Assembly (NCBI GenBank): GCA_029856145.1
Contig: JAHQWK010000029.1
Location: 1-64,000, forward strand
Source of the DNA: Promethearchaeia archaeon
Lineage (GTDB): Archaea > Asgardarchaeota > Lokiarchaeia > Sigyniarchaeales > SOKP01
Reading direction: 5' to 3'
DNA length: 64,000 nt
Below are positions 49,309 to 59,305 of this stretch, piece by piece (position 1 is the stretch's first letter; the number at the start of each line of letters is the position of its first letter). The translations under genes were made by a program, and so were the position numbers. The notes beneath the pieces are model-generated. The model searched no databases. It was given only the letters and a program-made list of their open reading frames with translations, and was not told the origin of the DNA.

Positions 49309-50100
49309 ATGAGCGATCAAGATTTCATTCTATATGAAGCGAAAGGGCGTATAGCAACAATAACTATCAATAGACCAGACAAAGCAAATTCGTGTAATAT
49401 TTCGATGTTAAAAGCGATATATCAGAATCTAATCAGCGCAGATAAAGACGAGAAGGTTAAATGTATTATCATTAAAAGTACCGGGCAGAGGTTCTTTTCT
49501 GCTGGATACGATCTTAAAGACATACAAGGATCTCCCGAAAAAGCGGCGGGAATCACAGAATGGGGCAGAAAAGTTAACGAGAAAATGATTCTTATGAAAA
49601 AAATAATTATTACTCAGGTTCAAGGTATTGCTATTGGGCTAGGTTTTATGATTATATTGGGCTCTGATTTGAAGGTGTTTGCCAATAGACCTAAAGATAA
49701 ATTATACTTAAGATTGCCAGAACTTGAAATTTCGGCATTTCCTCAAACTGGAGCAACTCTTTTACCGTTATTAGCGTTTGGATTGACTTATGCAAAGAAT
49801 TTGCTATTTACAACAGATAAAATTGGTTTAGATGAGTTAAGGAATATTAACTTTCCAACTCGTATCTTTCCACTTGAGGAGCTTGAAACTGAAACTTTCA
49901 ATTTTGCTAAGCAGATAGTAAAATATCAAAAGGAATTTAGTTTCTTCACAAAAACTATGCTAAGGATTATGAATAAAGCCTATATTAAATCATGCATGGA
50001 TATGGAAGATGAATGTGGGAAAGCAGCTTATGATACTAAGAAAATGAATATGGAAGAATTAGATGATTTCATAAAGGGATTAAGTGAGAAATATCCCTAA
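49309..50100 (+). CDS. Enoyl-CoA hydratase/isomerase family protein (divergent)
   Basis: TINRPDKAN, FFSAGYDL, GIAIGLG, LPE. Confidence 0.85.
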   Translation: MSDQDFILYEAKGRIATITINRPDKANSCNISMLKAIYQNLISADKDEKVKCIIIKSTGQRFFSAGYDLKDIQGSPEKAAGITEWGRKVNEKMILMKKIIITQVQGIAIGLGFMIILGSDLKVFANRPKDKLYLRLPELEISAFPQTGATLLPLLAFGLTYAKNLLFTTDKIGLDELRNINFPTRIFPLEELETETFNFAKQIVKYQKEFSFFTKTMLRIMNKAYIKSCMDMEDECGKAAYDTKKMNMEELDDFIKGLSEKYP

Positions 50101-50132
50101 TTTTAAATGGTAATTTTAATAATTTTTTTAAT

Positions 50133-50987
50133 TTATTTTGTTTTGGTTATCCATTCGATTAATCTACTATCGAACAATTTTTGTTCTTCGAACATTGGCC
50201 AATGCCCACTTTTTCCGAAAAGAAAATATGTTAAATCTGGAATCTCATCTATTAGATTCTCCCAAAGAATGTATGGTGCTGCGTAATCATATCGACCCAT
50301 AACAAGAAACATAGGAATTGTAATATTTAAGATTTTTTGTGTGATATCCTTCCCTCTAATAATTTCAGAATAGAAATAATCAAAAAATTCCATATTAAGT
50401 TCGAGTCCTTCCCAGATCCAGGAACAATCATAGGTTTGATCATACCAATAAAAAGGAGAATTGGCTATATATTGTTGAGCAAGAGCCTTTGTAGGAGAAA
50501 CCATATTTAAGAATTCTTCTGTAAGGGGTTCATTATTCTTTTTCTGAATCATTTTTCTCTCTTCTGATGCATCAGATTCCCAGAATTCTGAACCTTTTTT
50601 TAAATTTGTCTCAGTCATATTTGGTGAAGCAGAACCAATCATAATAATATGAGATGTGTGTTCTGGATATTTATAAGCATATTCAAGAGCAACAATACCA
50701 AAAACAGAATGGCCTAATACAGCAATTTTTTCAAAACCTAAAAAAATACGTACTCCGTCAAGATCTTTTACTATTGAATCCATTGATATTTCATTTACAT
50801 CTATAGGAACAGAAGGGACAAATATTTTGAAGTCCACGAAAATAAATTTAATATATTTCTTAATTTCTTTAGAGAAAACAGGGGGATAAAAATTTGAAAG
50901 CATTCCAATAACTAGACATGGAACTCCATCCCCTTCAATGATATATTTGAGTTTAGTTTTATCAACGGTAATATGGCCAGAAGTCAT
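50133..50987 (-). CDS. Alpha/beta hydrolase (proline iminopeptidase-like)
   Basis: GHSVFG nucleophile, GRYD, SGHWPMFEE. Confidence 0.85.
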   Translation of the reverse strand: MTSGHITVDKTKLKYIIEGDGVPCLVIGMLSNFYPPVFSKEIKKYIKFIFVDFKIFVPSVPIDVNEISMDSIVKDLDGVRIFLGFEKIAVLGHSVFGIVALEYAYKYPEHTSHIIMIGSASPNMTETNLKKGSEFWESDASEERKMIQKKNNEPLTEEFLNMVSPTKALAQQYIANSPFYWYDQTYDCSWIWEGLELNMEFFDYFYSEIIRGKDITQKILNITIPMFLVMGRYDYAAPYILWENLIDEIPDLTYFLFGKSGHWPMFEEQKLFDSRLIEWITKTK

Positions 50988-51339
50988 ATAAAATCACTAA
51001 ACTACCTTTAGATGATAATATATATAAAATTTTGTTTTTTCACATCCTTATCGCTAAATTTTCCAATTGAAATTTTCTAGAAACAACCCCAAGTAAATTT
51101 TTTTTAGTAAATAGTTCTGGGTTTTTTACTTAGTGATTTAAAAGGTCTATTGGTAACTATAATTCTTGTGTAGTATAGAATTAAACTCTTATAATATATG
51201 CGTGATATGTTCCTTGCATATTACACGATATAATATAATTGATTTGAATTATATATTACTAGGATTATATGTCGATGGTCATAATGAGCATATTAATAAA
51301 CATATCTCGATGACTCATCATAATTAAACAAAAAAGGTT

Positions 51340-51651
51340 GTGTGTGGTAGAGTGAGTATGTATCGATCATATTTATTAAAAAATAATTTTTGGGCAAAAA
51401 AAGGAAATGAGAAATATTCTGAGGCGGAAAAAGTGTTTATTAAGCATGATACAGAAGTAGGGGGAATTTATGCAATTCTTCAAAACGATAGGAAGGGAGT
51501 CAAAATTATGGTTGAAGGAAAGGACTATTTTTTTAATAACTTTGATAAGCTTGATTCCTTTCTAACACGACTTCAGCAGCGAAAAGATGATTTCATGAAA
51601 ATTCTCAGAAGAAAGGATATTTCACAGAAATTAAGGATGTTAGATATTTAA
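51340..51651 (+). CDS. Hypothetical protein
   Basis: 103-aa ORF with coding-like composition; ATG 51358 is a possible start. Confidence 0.5.
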   Translation: MCGRVSMYRSYLLKNNFWAKKGNEKYSEAEKVFIKHDTEVGGIYAILQNDRKGVKIMVEGKDYFFNNFDKLDSFLTRLQQRKDDFMKILRRKDISQKLRMLDI

Positions 51652-51766
51652 GTTTTCTAATATCAAATTTTTATACTTTTTAAAGAAATGGAAGTACCAT
51701 AAATTTAATTTTGGTTGATTTTTAATTTAATCTGGTTAGTAATTTATTTTTGTATAACAAATTTTT

Positions 51767-53377
51767 CTAATTTTTATAAATTGGCTGAAGTCCCGTTTGA
51801 AAATGTCTTAATCGCAATTCTGCACCTCGAGAGACCTTTACTTTAGGAATTTTATCTTTATTATTATAGATTTCTGTTATTGCTGCTACTGCGTAATCAA
51901 TATGAGAAGCACTATACACATTTCGTGGCATTGCAAAGCGTACTAAATTCAATACACCTTTCCTTTGTTCCGGTGTTTTCTTATCCCACTCAAATGCGAA
52001 AGGACCTAATTCAACAGCTCGTATACCATAATGTTTTAGAAGTTCAATTGTAAATCCAACGCCTCCAAAATCATCGATCTTCATATCTGTTCCCTCAAAA
52101 AATTTGTTCATATTGAGGTATACAGCATGACCACCTGCGGGAAGAATAACAGGAATACCATTTTGACCAAGTTTTCTTGCGAATTCCCTAACTTGATTTT
52201 TTCTTTCATTCAAATAAGTTTCTTTTACTACTTCATAAAGGCCTGCAGCTAAAGCCATTATGTCTCTGCCACTCATTCCTCCATAAGAATCATTTCCAAA
52301 TGTTAAAATCTGTTTTTCTTTTAATTTGATTCCAATATCTTCATTGATAGAAAATTTTTTGTGAAATAAACCTTTATCTTTAAAGAAAAACCCGCCTCCC
52401 ATATTAGCTAATCCGTCTTTTTTGAAACTTATTGTAAAGCCATCAACATAAGAAAACATTTCTTGTACAATAATGGGGATTGAGCGATCTTTATACCCAT
52501 CTTCAAATTCTTTTATAAAGTTTGCATTCTCACTAAAGCGACAAGCATCAAAGAAAAGAGGTAAATTATACTTTTTGGCAATTTTATGAACTTCTTTTAT
52601 ATTATTCATTGATACTGGTTGACCTGCGGCAGTATTATTTGTAATTGTAACATAAATTAATGGTATCGCCTCCACACCCTTTTCTTGAATCAGATTTTCA
52701 AGTGCTCTTAGATCCATATTACCTTTAAATGGATTTCTTTTGTCCATTTCGTCATAAGGAAAATCATCCATTAAATTACCTGAAAACAAATTCACTGCTT
52801 TGATACCATTGGCGACGATATTTGCCTCTGTTGTATCGAAATGTCCGTTATTTGGAATATAATATATTATATCTTTATTTTGTTTTAAGATAGGTGCGAT
52901 AGTTGAGAAAAGTAAATGCTCAGCACATCGACCTTGTGGAACAATGAAAGCATTTGGTCGGGTTAATTGATGAATCCCTCCATTTACAAATCCTCCTTCA
53001 TAGGTAGTAATGTAAAGTTCGTCCATAAGTTTTTTTACATTTGTTTCCCCAGAAAGAATTAAATTAATTGATCTTTTCGGATTATTACCTCGTTCGAAAG
53101 TGTCTCTTATCGCTTCTAAAAGGACATAATATCCCTTATTGCGGGCATAGGACTCATCCCCATGAAATAGAGCAGCCCATTGAAAATCCGTCATTGTTCC
53201 AGATCCAGAATCTGACAAAAAATCTACAAATATTAAATCTGCTGGAAAAGAGAACATACTATATTCAGTTTTCTTAAGTGCATATTCTCGTTGTTCTTTT
53301 GTAACTTTTTTTATTGTTCTAACTATTAGCGGCTTATTAGCTGGAACTGCTACACCTAATTCATCTTGCGATTTCAA
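51767..53377 (-). CDS. tnaA: Tryptophanase (beta-eliminating PLP lyase), long form
   Basis: DFLSDSG, GDESYA, QGR.AE, HFDTT, DACRF.ENA, SFKKD (PLP Lys), YGGMSGRD, LRHF (His typical of tryptophanase rather than tyrosine phenol-lyase). Confidence 0.82.
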   Translation of the reverse strand: MKSQDELGVAVPANKPLIVRTIKKVTKEQREYALKKTEYSMFSFPADLIFVDFLSDSGSGTMTDFQWAALFHGDESYARNKGYYVLLEAIRDTFERGNNPKRSINLILSGETNVKKLMDELYITTYEGGFVNGGIHQLTRPNAFIVPQGRCAEHLLFSTIAPILKQNKDIIYYIPNNGHFDTTEANIVANGIKAVNLFSGNLMDDFPYDEMDKRNPFKGNMDLRALENLIQEKGVEAIPLIYVTITNNTAAGQPVSMNNIKEVHKIAKKYNLPLFFDACRFSENANFIKEFEDGYKDRSIPIIVQEMFSYVDGFTISFKKDGLANMGGGFFFKDKGLFHKKFSINEDIGIKLKEKQILTFGNDSYGGMSGRDIMALAAGLYEVVKETYLNERKNQVREFARKLGQNGIPVILPAGGHAVYLNMNKFFEGTDMKIDDFGGVGFTIELLKHYGIRAVELGPFAFEWDKKTPEQRKGVLNLVRFAMPRNVYSASHIDYAVAAITEIYNNKDKIPKVKVSRGAELRLRHFQTGLQPIYKN

Positions 53378-53662
53378 TACCTTTAACCTATAATTTAAAA
53401 TTAGTATTTTTATTTTGAGTTTTTCAGCTTAACTTGATTTATAATAATAAATCATTAAAAAATGATTTGTAAACTTTCACGATTACAGCTAATTAAAGAT
53501 TATTATGGATATGATTCGCTTTTGTTATTATAAGAATTTAATTTTTAAATAGTAGTATTTATATTATTAATATTGTTAATTTGCTAGTAAAGTTGTTAAA
53601 AAACTTCGCTTTTTATGGAGTAAAAGATAATTAGAAGAATCTGGTGTAATCTTTGATGTTAA

Positions 53663-56041
53663 ATGAAGGTGAACAAAAACTTGAATGAACGAATTAGTAA
53701 ATTACGAACACAAAGTCGTGAGGCAGTTCCTTATCTTTCGTTAGAACGTGCTCTATTACTAACAGAATTTTATAAAACTGGTGCGGCTCATAAGTTTTCT
53801 GCTCCAATTGCCAGAGCTAAAGTATTTAAATATATATTGGAAAATAAAAAGATCTGCATTAATGAAGGCGAGTTAATTGTTGGTGAACGTGGTCCAGAAC
53901 CAAAAGCAACACCCACTTATCCAGAAGTATGTTGCCATAGTTTAAAAGATTTAGACATTCTTAATTCACGTGATAAAATTTCATTTAAAGTATCTGAAGA
54001 TACAAAACAAAAAGCAAAAGATATTATCATTCCATTTTGGAAAGGACGATCTATTCGCGATAAAATCTTCTCTCAAGTTGATAATGAGTGGATCGATGTT
54101 TATGAGGCGGGAATTTTCACAGAATTTATGGAACAGAGGGCACCTGGCCATACTGTAGCGGGAAAGAATATATGGAAAAAAGGATTTTTAGATTTCAAAC
54201 AAGAAATAAAAGAAAGTATTGATGGCTTAGATTTTTACAATGATCCTGATACATATAATAAAAGAGAACAACTAAGAGCAATGGATATTGCCGCAGATGC
54301 AATAATTAATTTTGCCAATCGTTATGCTAAAGAAGCTAATCGACTGGCAACCATTGAATCAAACCCAATTAGAAGAAGAGAGTTAGAGAAAATATCAGAA
54401 ATATGTTCTTATATCCCCGCACGAGCACCTAGAACTTTTTGGGAGGCACTCCAACATTATTGGTTTATTCATTTAGCTGTCATAACTGAATACAATACTT
54501 GGGATTCTTTCAATCCAGGACGCTTAGATCAACACCTTTATCCATTCTACAAAAATGATATTGCAAATGGGATAATAACAATGGATGATGCTTTCGAATT
54601 ACTTCAAGCGTTTTGGGTGAAATTTAATAATCAACCAGCTCCTCCCAAGGTTGGTGTTACAGCAGAGGAAAGCAATACTTATACTGATTTTTGTAATATA
54701 AATATTGGAGGATTGAAAGAAGACGGTTCTGATGGAGTTAATGAGATGTCTTACATTCTCCTAGACGTAATTGAAGAAATGCGGATATTACAACCAAGTA
54801 GTAATGTTCAAATTAGTAAAAAGACCCCAGATAAGTTCTTAAAACGAGCTCTTGAAATTGTGAAAACCGGTTTTGGCCAACCTTCCGTTTTTAATACTGA
54901 TGCCATCATTCAAGAATTAACAAGGCAAGGAAAATCTATAATAGATGCACGCAATGCGGGAGCAAGTGGGTGTGTTGAGGCAGGCGCATTTGGGAAAGAA
55001 GCCTACATTCTCACAGGATATTTTAACTTAGTAAAAATTCTGGAAGTTACACTTCATAACGGTTTTGATTCTCTAACTAAAAAACAGATTGGATTGAAGA
55101 CTGGTAATCCTACGATTTTTGAAACTTTTGATGATTTCTTTGAAGCTTATACTGAACAAGTTAAGCATTTTGTAGATATTAAAATTAAGGGAAATCAAAT
55201 AATCGAACGTATTTGGGCAAAAAATCCAGCACCGTTCTTGTCAATACTGATCGATGATTGTATTAAGAATGGGAAGGATTATAATGATGGTGGCGCAAAA
55301 TATAACACTTCTTATATACAAATTGTAGGAATGGGCAGTATTACAGATTGCTTGACATCTTTAAAGTATAATGTTTTTGATAAAAAAATCATATCTATAG
55401 AAGAATTGATAAAAAGCTTAGAGAATAATTTTAGTGGATACGAGGATATTCACCAGAAATTACTCTATAAAACTCCTAAATATGGGAATGATGACGATTA
55501 TGCAGATTCAATAACCGCTCAAGTTTTTGAAATTGTTTATGATGCAATTGATAACCGTCCTAATACTAAAGGTGGTGTACATCGTATTAATCTACTTCCT
55601 ACAACAGCCCACATTTACTTTGGTCAAGTAACTGGAGCTACTCCAGATGGGCGTAAAGCATATGCACCTTTATCAGAGGGCATATCTCCCGTTCAAGGAA
55701 TGGATATTAATGGTCCAACTGCGGTTATAAAATCTGCTGGAAAAATTGATCATTTAAGAACTGGAGGAACCTTATTGAATCAAAAATTTACACCCCATTT
55801 TCTCTCAGATCAAAATAGAATTAATAAATTAGCTCACTTAATTAGAGCATATTTTGAAATGAATGGCCATCATATTCAATTTAATGTCGTCTCAGCAGAT
55901 ACTTTACGGGCTGCACAAAAAAATCCAGAAAAATACAGAAACTTGATTGTGCGAGTAGCGGGGTATAGTGACTATTTTGTGAATTTAGAGTTAGTTTTAC
56001 AGGATGAGATTATTAAAAGAACTGAACATACTGTAATTTAA
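53663..56041 (+). CDS. hypD: Glycyl radical enzyme, trans-4-hydroxy-L-proline dehydratase-like
   Basis: PTYPE, MEQRAPGHT, WDSFNPGR, SGCVE, LPTT.H, RVAGYS glycyl motif. Confidence 0.8.
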   Translation: MKVNKNLNERISKLRTQSREAVPYLSLERALLLTEFYKTGAAHKFSAPIARAKVFKYILENKKICINEGELIVGERGPEPKATPTYPEVCCHSLKDLDILNSRDKISFKVSEDTKQKAKDIIIPFWKGRSIRDKIFSQVDNEWIDVYEAGIFTEFMEQRAPGHTVAGKNIWKKGFLDFKQEIKESIDGLDFYNDPDTYNKREQLRAMDIAADAIINFANRYAKEANRLATIESNPIRRRELEKISEICSYIPARAPRTFWEALQHYWFIHLAVITEYNTWDSFNPGRLDQHLYPFYKNDIANGIITMDDAFELLQAFWVKFNNQPAPPKVGVTAEESNTYTDFCNINIGGLKEDGSDGVNEMSYILLDVIEEMRILQPSSNVQISKKTPDKFLKRALEIVKTGFGQPSVFNTDAIIQELTRQGKSIIDARNAGASGCVEAGAFGKEAYILTGYFNLVKILEVTLHNGFDSLTKKQIGLKTGNPTIFETFDDFFEAYTEQVKHFVDIKIKGNQIIERIWAKNPAPFLSILIDDCIKNGKDYNDGGAKYNTSYIQIVGMGSITDCLTSLKYNVFDKKIISIEELIKSLENNFSGYEDIHQKLLYKTPKYGNDDDYADSITAQVFEIVYDAIDNRPNTKGGVHRINLLPTTAHIYFGQVTGATPDGRKAYAPLSEGISPVQGMDINGPTAVIKSAGKIDHLRTGGTLLNQKFTPHFLSDQNRINKLAHLIRAYFEMNGHHIQFNVVSADTLRAAQKNPEKYRNLIVRVAGYSDYFVNLELVLQDEIIKRTEHTVI

Positions 56042-56129
56042 TACCGTTTTTCTATTTATTCTCAATAATTTGGAAAACGTTGAAAGTTATAATTTTATAG
56101 TTTAAGGATTTTTTCTCTTATTATAAACA

Positions 56130-56203
56130 TATGTACTTATTCAGTACATAAATTTATAAATGAATATTTCTTTAATTAATATATGTACATGATCGGTACA
56201 TAT
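56130..56203 (+). promoter_or_regulatory. Archaeal promoter with two palindromic operators
   Basis: TATGTAC-ttattca-GTACATA (56130-56150), TATA box TTTATAAA (56153-56160), TATGTAC-atgatcg-GTACATA (56182-56202); GAGGAG RBS at 56227-56232. Confidence 0.8.
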
Positions 56204-56241
56204 TATATAATTTTAAAATAAAAAGTGAGGAGAGAAAGAAA

Positions 56242-57006
56242 ATGAGTAAAGTAGAATTTAAAGATGTTTTCAAAATTTTAGTCCTTGGAGCACCTGGAGT
56301 CGGTAAATCCACATTAATTGAAAAATATTCTGAGAAACTTTTTCAAAAAGATGTAGCACCAATTGTTGGTGTAAATTTTTTTCTTAAACAGGTAACCATT
56401 AATGGAAATGATTATAGACTTCAGTTCTGGGACTTTTTTAATGAAGAAAAATTCGGATCACTTCATACATTATATTATAAAGGTGCCTCAGCTATTTTTT
56501 ATGTGTTCGATTTATCTAAACCTGAAACATTTGATTATCATCAAAAATGCCTCAACAAAGTGTGGAATGAGGGTAAACTAAGTAAATGCCCTGTACTTTT
56601 AATTGGGAATAAACTTGATTTAGTTGAGAATGAGAAAGATATTGATAGGAAAAAATATCATGAATTTGTTAGAAAAGAAGGTTTATTAGGATATATAGAG
56701 ACTTCAATAAAAGATATCGATAGTATAAAGAAAGAAGTTCTAAATATTATTCAAAGCACTTTAAAAAAGAGTTATCAAGTTAAGTTTTTAGTAAATAGCA
56801 AAGAATTGGAGGATATTAAAAGATTTGCAAAGTTTTCTCGTCAAAAGCAATCTGAGTTTATTCGTACAGCAATATGGGAAAAAATAAGGTCAATGGATCC
56901 TCTTTCAATGACTAAGAGTTTAAAGAAGGAAAAAATAGAAGAAAAAAATTTAAGATTAAACGAATTGAAAAGAATTCGAGAATTATTAGAAAGGTTAGAA
57001 AGCTAA
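56242..57006 (+). CDS. Ras/Rab-like GTPase domain fused to C-terminal ribbon-helix-helix DNA-binding domain
   Basis: GAPGVGKS, WDFFN, NKLD, ETS; residues ~175-216 YQVKFLVNSKELEDIKRFAKFSRQKQSEFIRTAIWEKI fit the CopG/MetJ-type RHH pattern. Confidence 0.8.
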   Translation: MSKVEFKDVFKILVLGAPGVGKSTLIEKYSEKLFQKDVAPIVGVNFFLKQVTINGNDYRLQFWDFFNEEKFGSLHTLYYKGASAIFYVFDLSKPETFDYHQKCLNKVWNEGKLSKCPVLLIGNKLDLVENEKDIDRKKYHEFVRKEGLLGYIETSIKDIDSIKKEVLNIIQSTLKKSYQVKFLVNSKELEDIKRFAKFSRQKQSEFIRTAIWEKIRSMDPLSMTKSLKKEKIEEKNLRLNELKRIRELLERLES

Positions 57007-57166
57007 GAATTTTAGTAAGGCGAATAAATAGTATTTAACTTTAAAGCATTTTTCTTTTTTTTTATAGCTATTTCTATTTAATAAGATATAAATTCAAGAA
57101 GTCTATTATGGAAATGTAAATTTGGAGATATAATTCGATATTGTTAATAAAAAAATAGAAAAGTAC

Positions 57167-58231
57167 ATGAACTTCGATTCAAAATTTAATAAAGGCAACC
57201 TTATTGATAACATTCCAGTTGATGAAAATTCCTATAGGGCATTAATTCAATTGTTAAAGAAAAAAACAGGGTTAAATTTTGAATATTATAATAAATCATT
57301 CATAGAAAAGCGTATAAAATCACGTATGATAAGAATCCCGTGTAAAACACTTAGTCAGTATTACGAATATATATCATCAAACAGTGCAGAAATTAAAAAA
57401 TTCACTGAAGGGTTTACAGTAAATTACACTTTCTTTTTTCGCGATTATGATGTTTTTGAAACATTTCAAGATTTATTTATTCAAGGTTTATATGTAAACA
57501 GAAAGGATATAAAGAGTAATATAAGACCAGATCCTGCTAAGTTGGCTAAATTTCATACGAAAACTAATGCGGTTAAAAATTTGCATAAAATTAGATCTTT
57601 AACTGAAAAACCTGCAAGATATTACATAGATATCTTTATTTTCCTCAATCAACTCTCTTATTATCGAAAAATGAAACGCCCAAAAAGTACAAATAATTGT
57701 ATTAATATTTGGTCATGTCCTTGTGCAACAGGAGAAGAACCTTATTCTATAGGTATGATTCTTGATAATCTTGAAACCCAAGTTCCACGTTTTCCTGATT
57801 ATAAAATCGTAGCATCTGATATAGCTCCTGAAGCAATTGAAAAAGCTAATATTGGTGTTTACACGGACGATTCAATGAAAGAAATTTCAGACTATTACGA
57901 TAATAAATATTTTACTAAACAAAAAACTCATTTTGGACATACTAATATCATAAAAGAAAGGATAAAAAATAAAATTGAATTTGTAGTAGAAGATGTTACA
58001 AAAGGTCACCAAATGCCCTATAAGTATGATATTATTTTCTGTAGGTATCTATTGATTTATTTTAACCGAGAAAATAGACATAAATTTCTAAAAATTTTAG
58101 AAAATCAATTAAATGAAAATGGAATTTTAATTTTAGGAAAAACTGAAACCTTATTTAATTCATGGGGGAGTTTACAATTAATCGATACAAATAATCGAAT
58201 ATATATCAAATCTCATTCTAAAATCAATTAG
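57167..58231 (+). CDS. cheR: CheR-type protein-glutamate O-methyltransferase with insertion
   Basis: RIKSRM, TVNYTFFFRD, IWSCPCATGEEPYS, ASDI, DIIFCR.LLIYF, LGKTE. Confidence 0.88.
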   Translation: MNFDSKFNKGNLIDNIPVDENSYRALIQLLKKKTGLNFEYYNKSFIEKRIKSRMIRIPCKTLSQYYEYISSNSAEIKKFTEGFTVNYTFFFRDYDVFETFQDLFIQGLYVNRKDIKSNIRPDPAKLAKFHTKTNAVKNLHKIRSLTEKPARYYIDIFIFLNQLSYYRKMKRPKSTNNCINIWSCPCATGEEPYSIGMILDNLETQVPRFPDYKIVASDIAPEAIEKANIGVYTDDSMKEISDYYDNKYFTKQKTHFGHTNIIKERIKNKIEFVVEDVTKGHQMPYKYDIIFCRYLLIYFNRENRHKFLKILENQLNENGILILGKTETLFNSWGSLQLIDTNNRIYIKSHSKIN

Positions 58232-58249
58232 TAAATTTTAAAAATTTTC

Positions 58250-59017
58250 TTAAAAAATATAGGGAATTAGGGCCTTTCGATTATTGGGATAGTCTGGAAA
58301 TGTTCTACTATACCATAAATGATTAGAATGAGCTCTTGGTGCTAAGTTTGCAAATGTCCACACAGCAAACACAAGCCCCGGAAGGGACCATGTCATTATT
58401 GCCCATCCAGTCCATTCTGTTATTTCCCCAAAATAACTAGGACTACTCACATATTTAAACATCCCACCATGTGGGATTTTATATTCAATTTCCCCAGGTT
58501 TTCTTAAATTACGGATAATGTAATCTGAATGGAGATTAATAATAAAACCAACTAAGAATATTATAATTCCCGCTATAAAAAGAGGGTTTAATAACCAAGT
58601 TATAGGATATGAAGGTGAAAAACTATAAATCCATCTTGCTTGCAAATATGTATTAACTCCATTAAACGTAATCCCCATCAAAATAATTATTATAGGCATA
58701 GGTAGTTTTCCACGGATTAACAATGGAAATATAAATGTACGCTGACAGTAATGCAACATCCATATAGCCATAAAAATCAGTGGAACAATCTCTAGTCTTC
58801 GATCTCCAATGAGATAATAAATAAAATAAATAATAACAGTAGGCACTTCCATTAAAAACCAACCAAGTTTAGTATTAATGGCGGGACCCCATTTCTTACT
58901 AATATGTTGTCCATATCCCGCAGGTATCCGAAATAAAATTATAAAAATTAATATTGAAGATAAACTAAAAGTTATCATCAAAAGATTATATATCAAAAAT
59001 TCATCCATATTATCCAC
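58250..59017 (-). CDS. Steroid 5-alpha-reductase (3-oxo-5-alpha-steroid 4-dehydrogenase) family protein
   Basis: YGQH, WFLMEVP, HYCQR, NLHSD..IRNLR, YKIP.GG.F.YVS.P.Y.GE..EW, RA..NH.WY...F..YP..RKALIP. Confidence 0.9.
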   Translation of the reverse strand: MDNMDEFLIYNLLMITFSLSSILIFIILFRIPAGYGQHISKKWGPAINTKLGWFLMEVPTVIIYFIYYLIGDRRLEIVPLIFMAIWMLHYCQRTFIFPLLIRGKLPMPIIIILMGITFNGVNTYLQARWIYSFSPSYPITWLLNPLFIAGIIIFLVGFIINLHSDYIIRNLRKPGEIEYKIPHGGMFKYVSSPSYFGEITEWTGWAIMTWSLPGLVFAVWTFANLAPRAHSNHLWYSRTFPDYPNNRKALIPYIF

Positions 59018-59305
59018 TTTATATTATATTGTCAAACTTTAATAATATATCCCCAAAATACAAATCTAAATTATTTCTAAGTTTTTAACTTATCCATTCT
59101 ATGTTTATTTAAATTTCAAGTTAGATTATTAAAAGGTACTCAAATAATACTTTGATAGTATTACTTATTTACGTCACAGGGCAAAAAATAATAATTTACA
59201 CACTTCTTATGTGCGAAATTATTCAAGGATATGGTGCTATAAAACAACTACTTTCTTGAATAGTTTATACGAAAAATTTTTAACACCTCCACCTTTTTAA
59301 ACAGT

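Noticed and set aside
51195-51325. Imperfect hairpins as an ncRNA or SECIS
   Set aside because: AT-rich weak stems, no consistent SECIS core, no linked UGA gene
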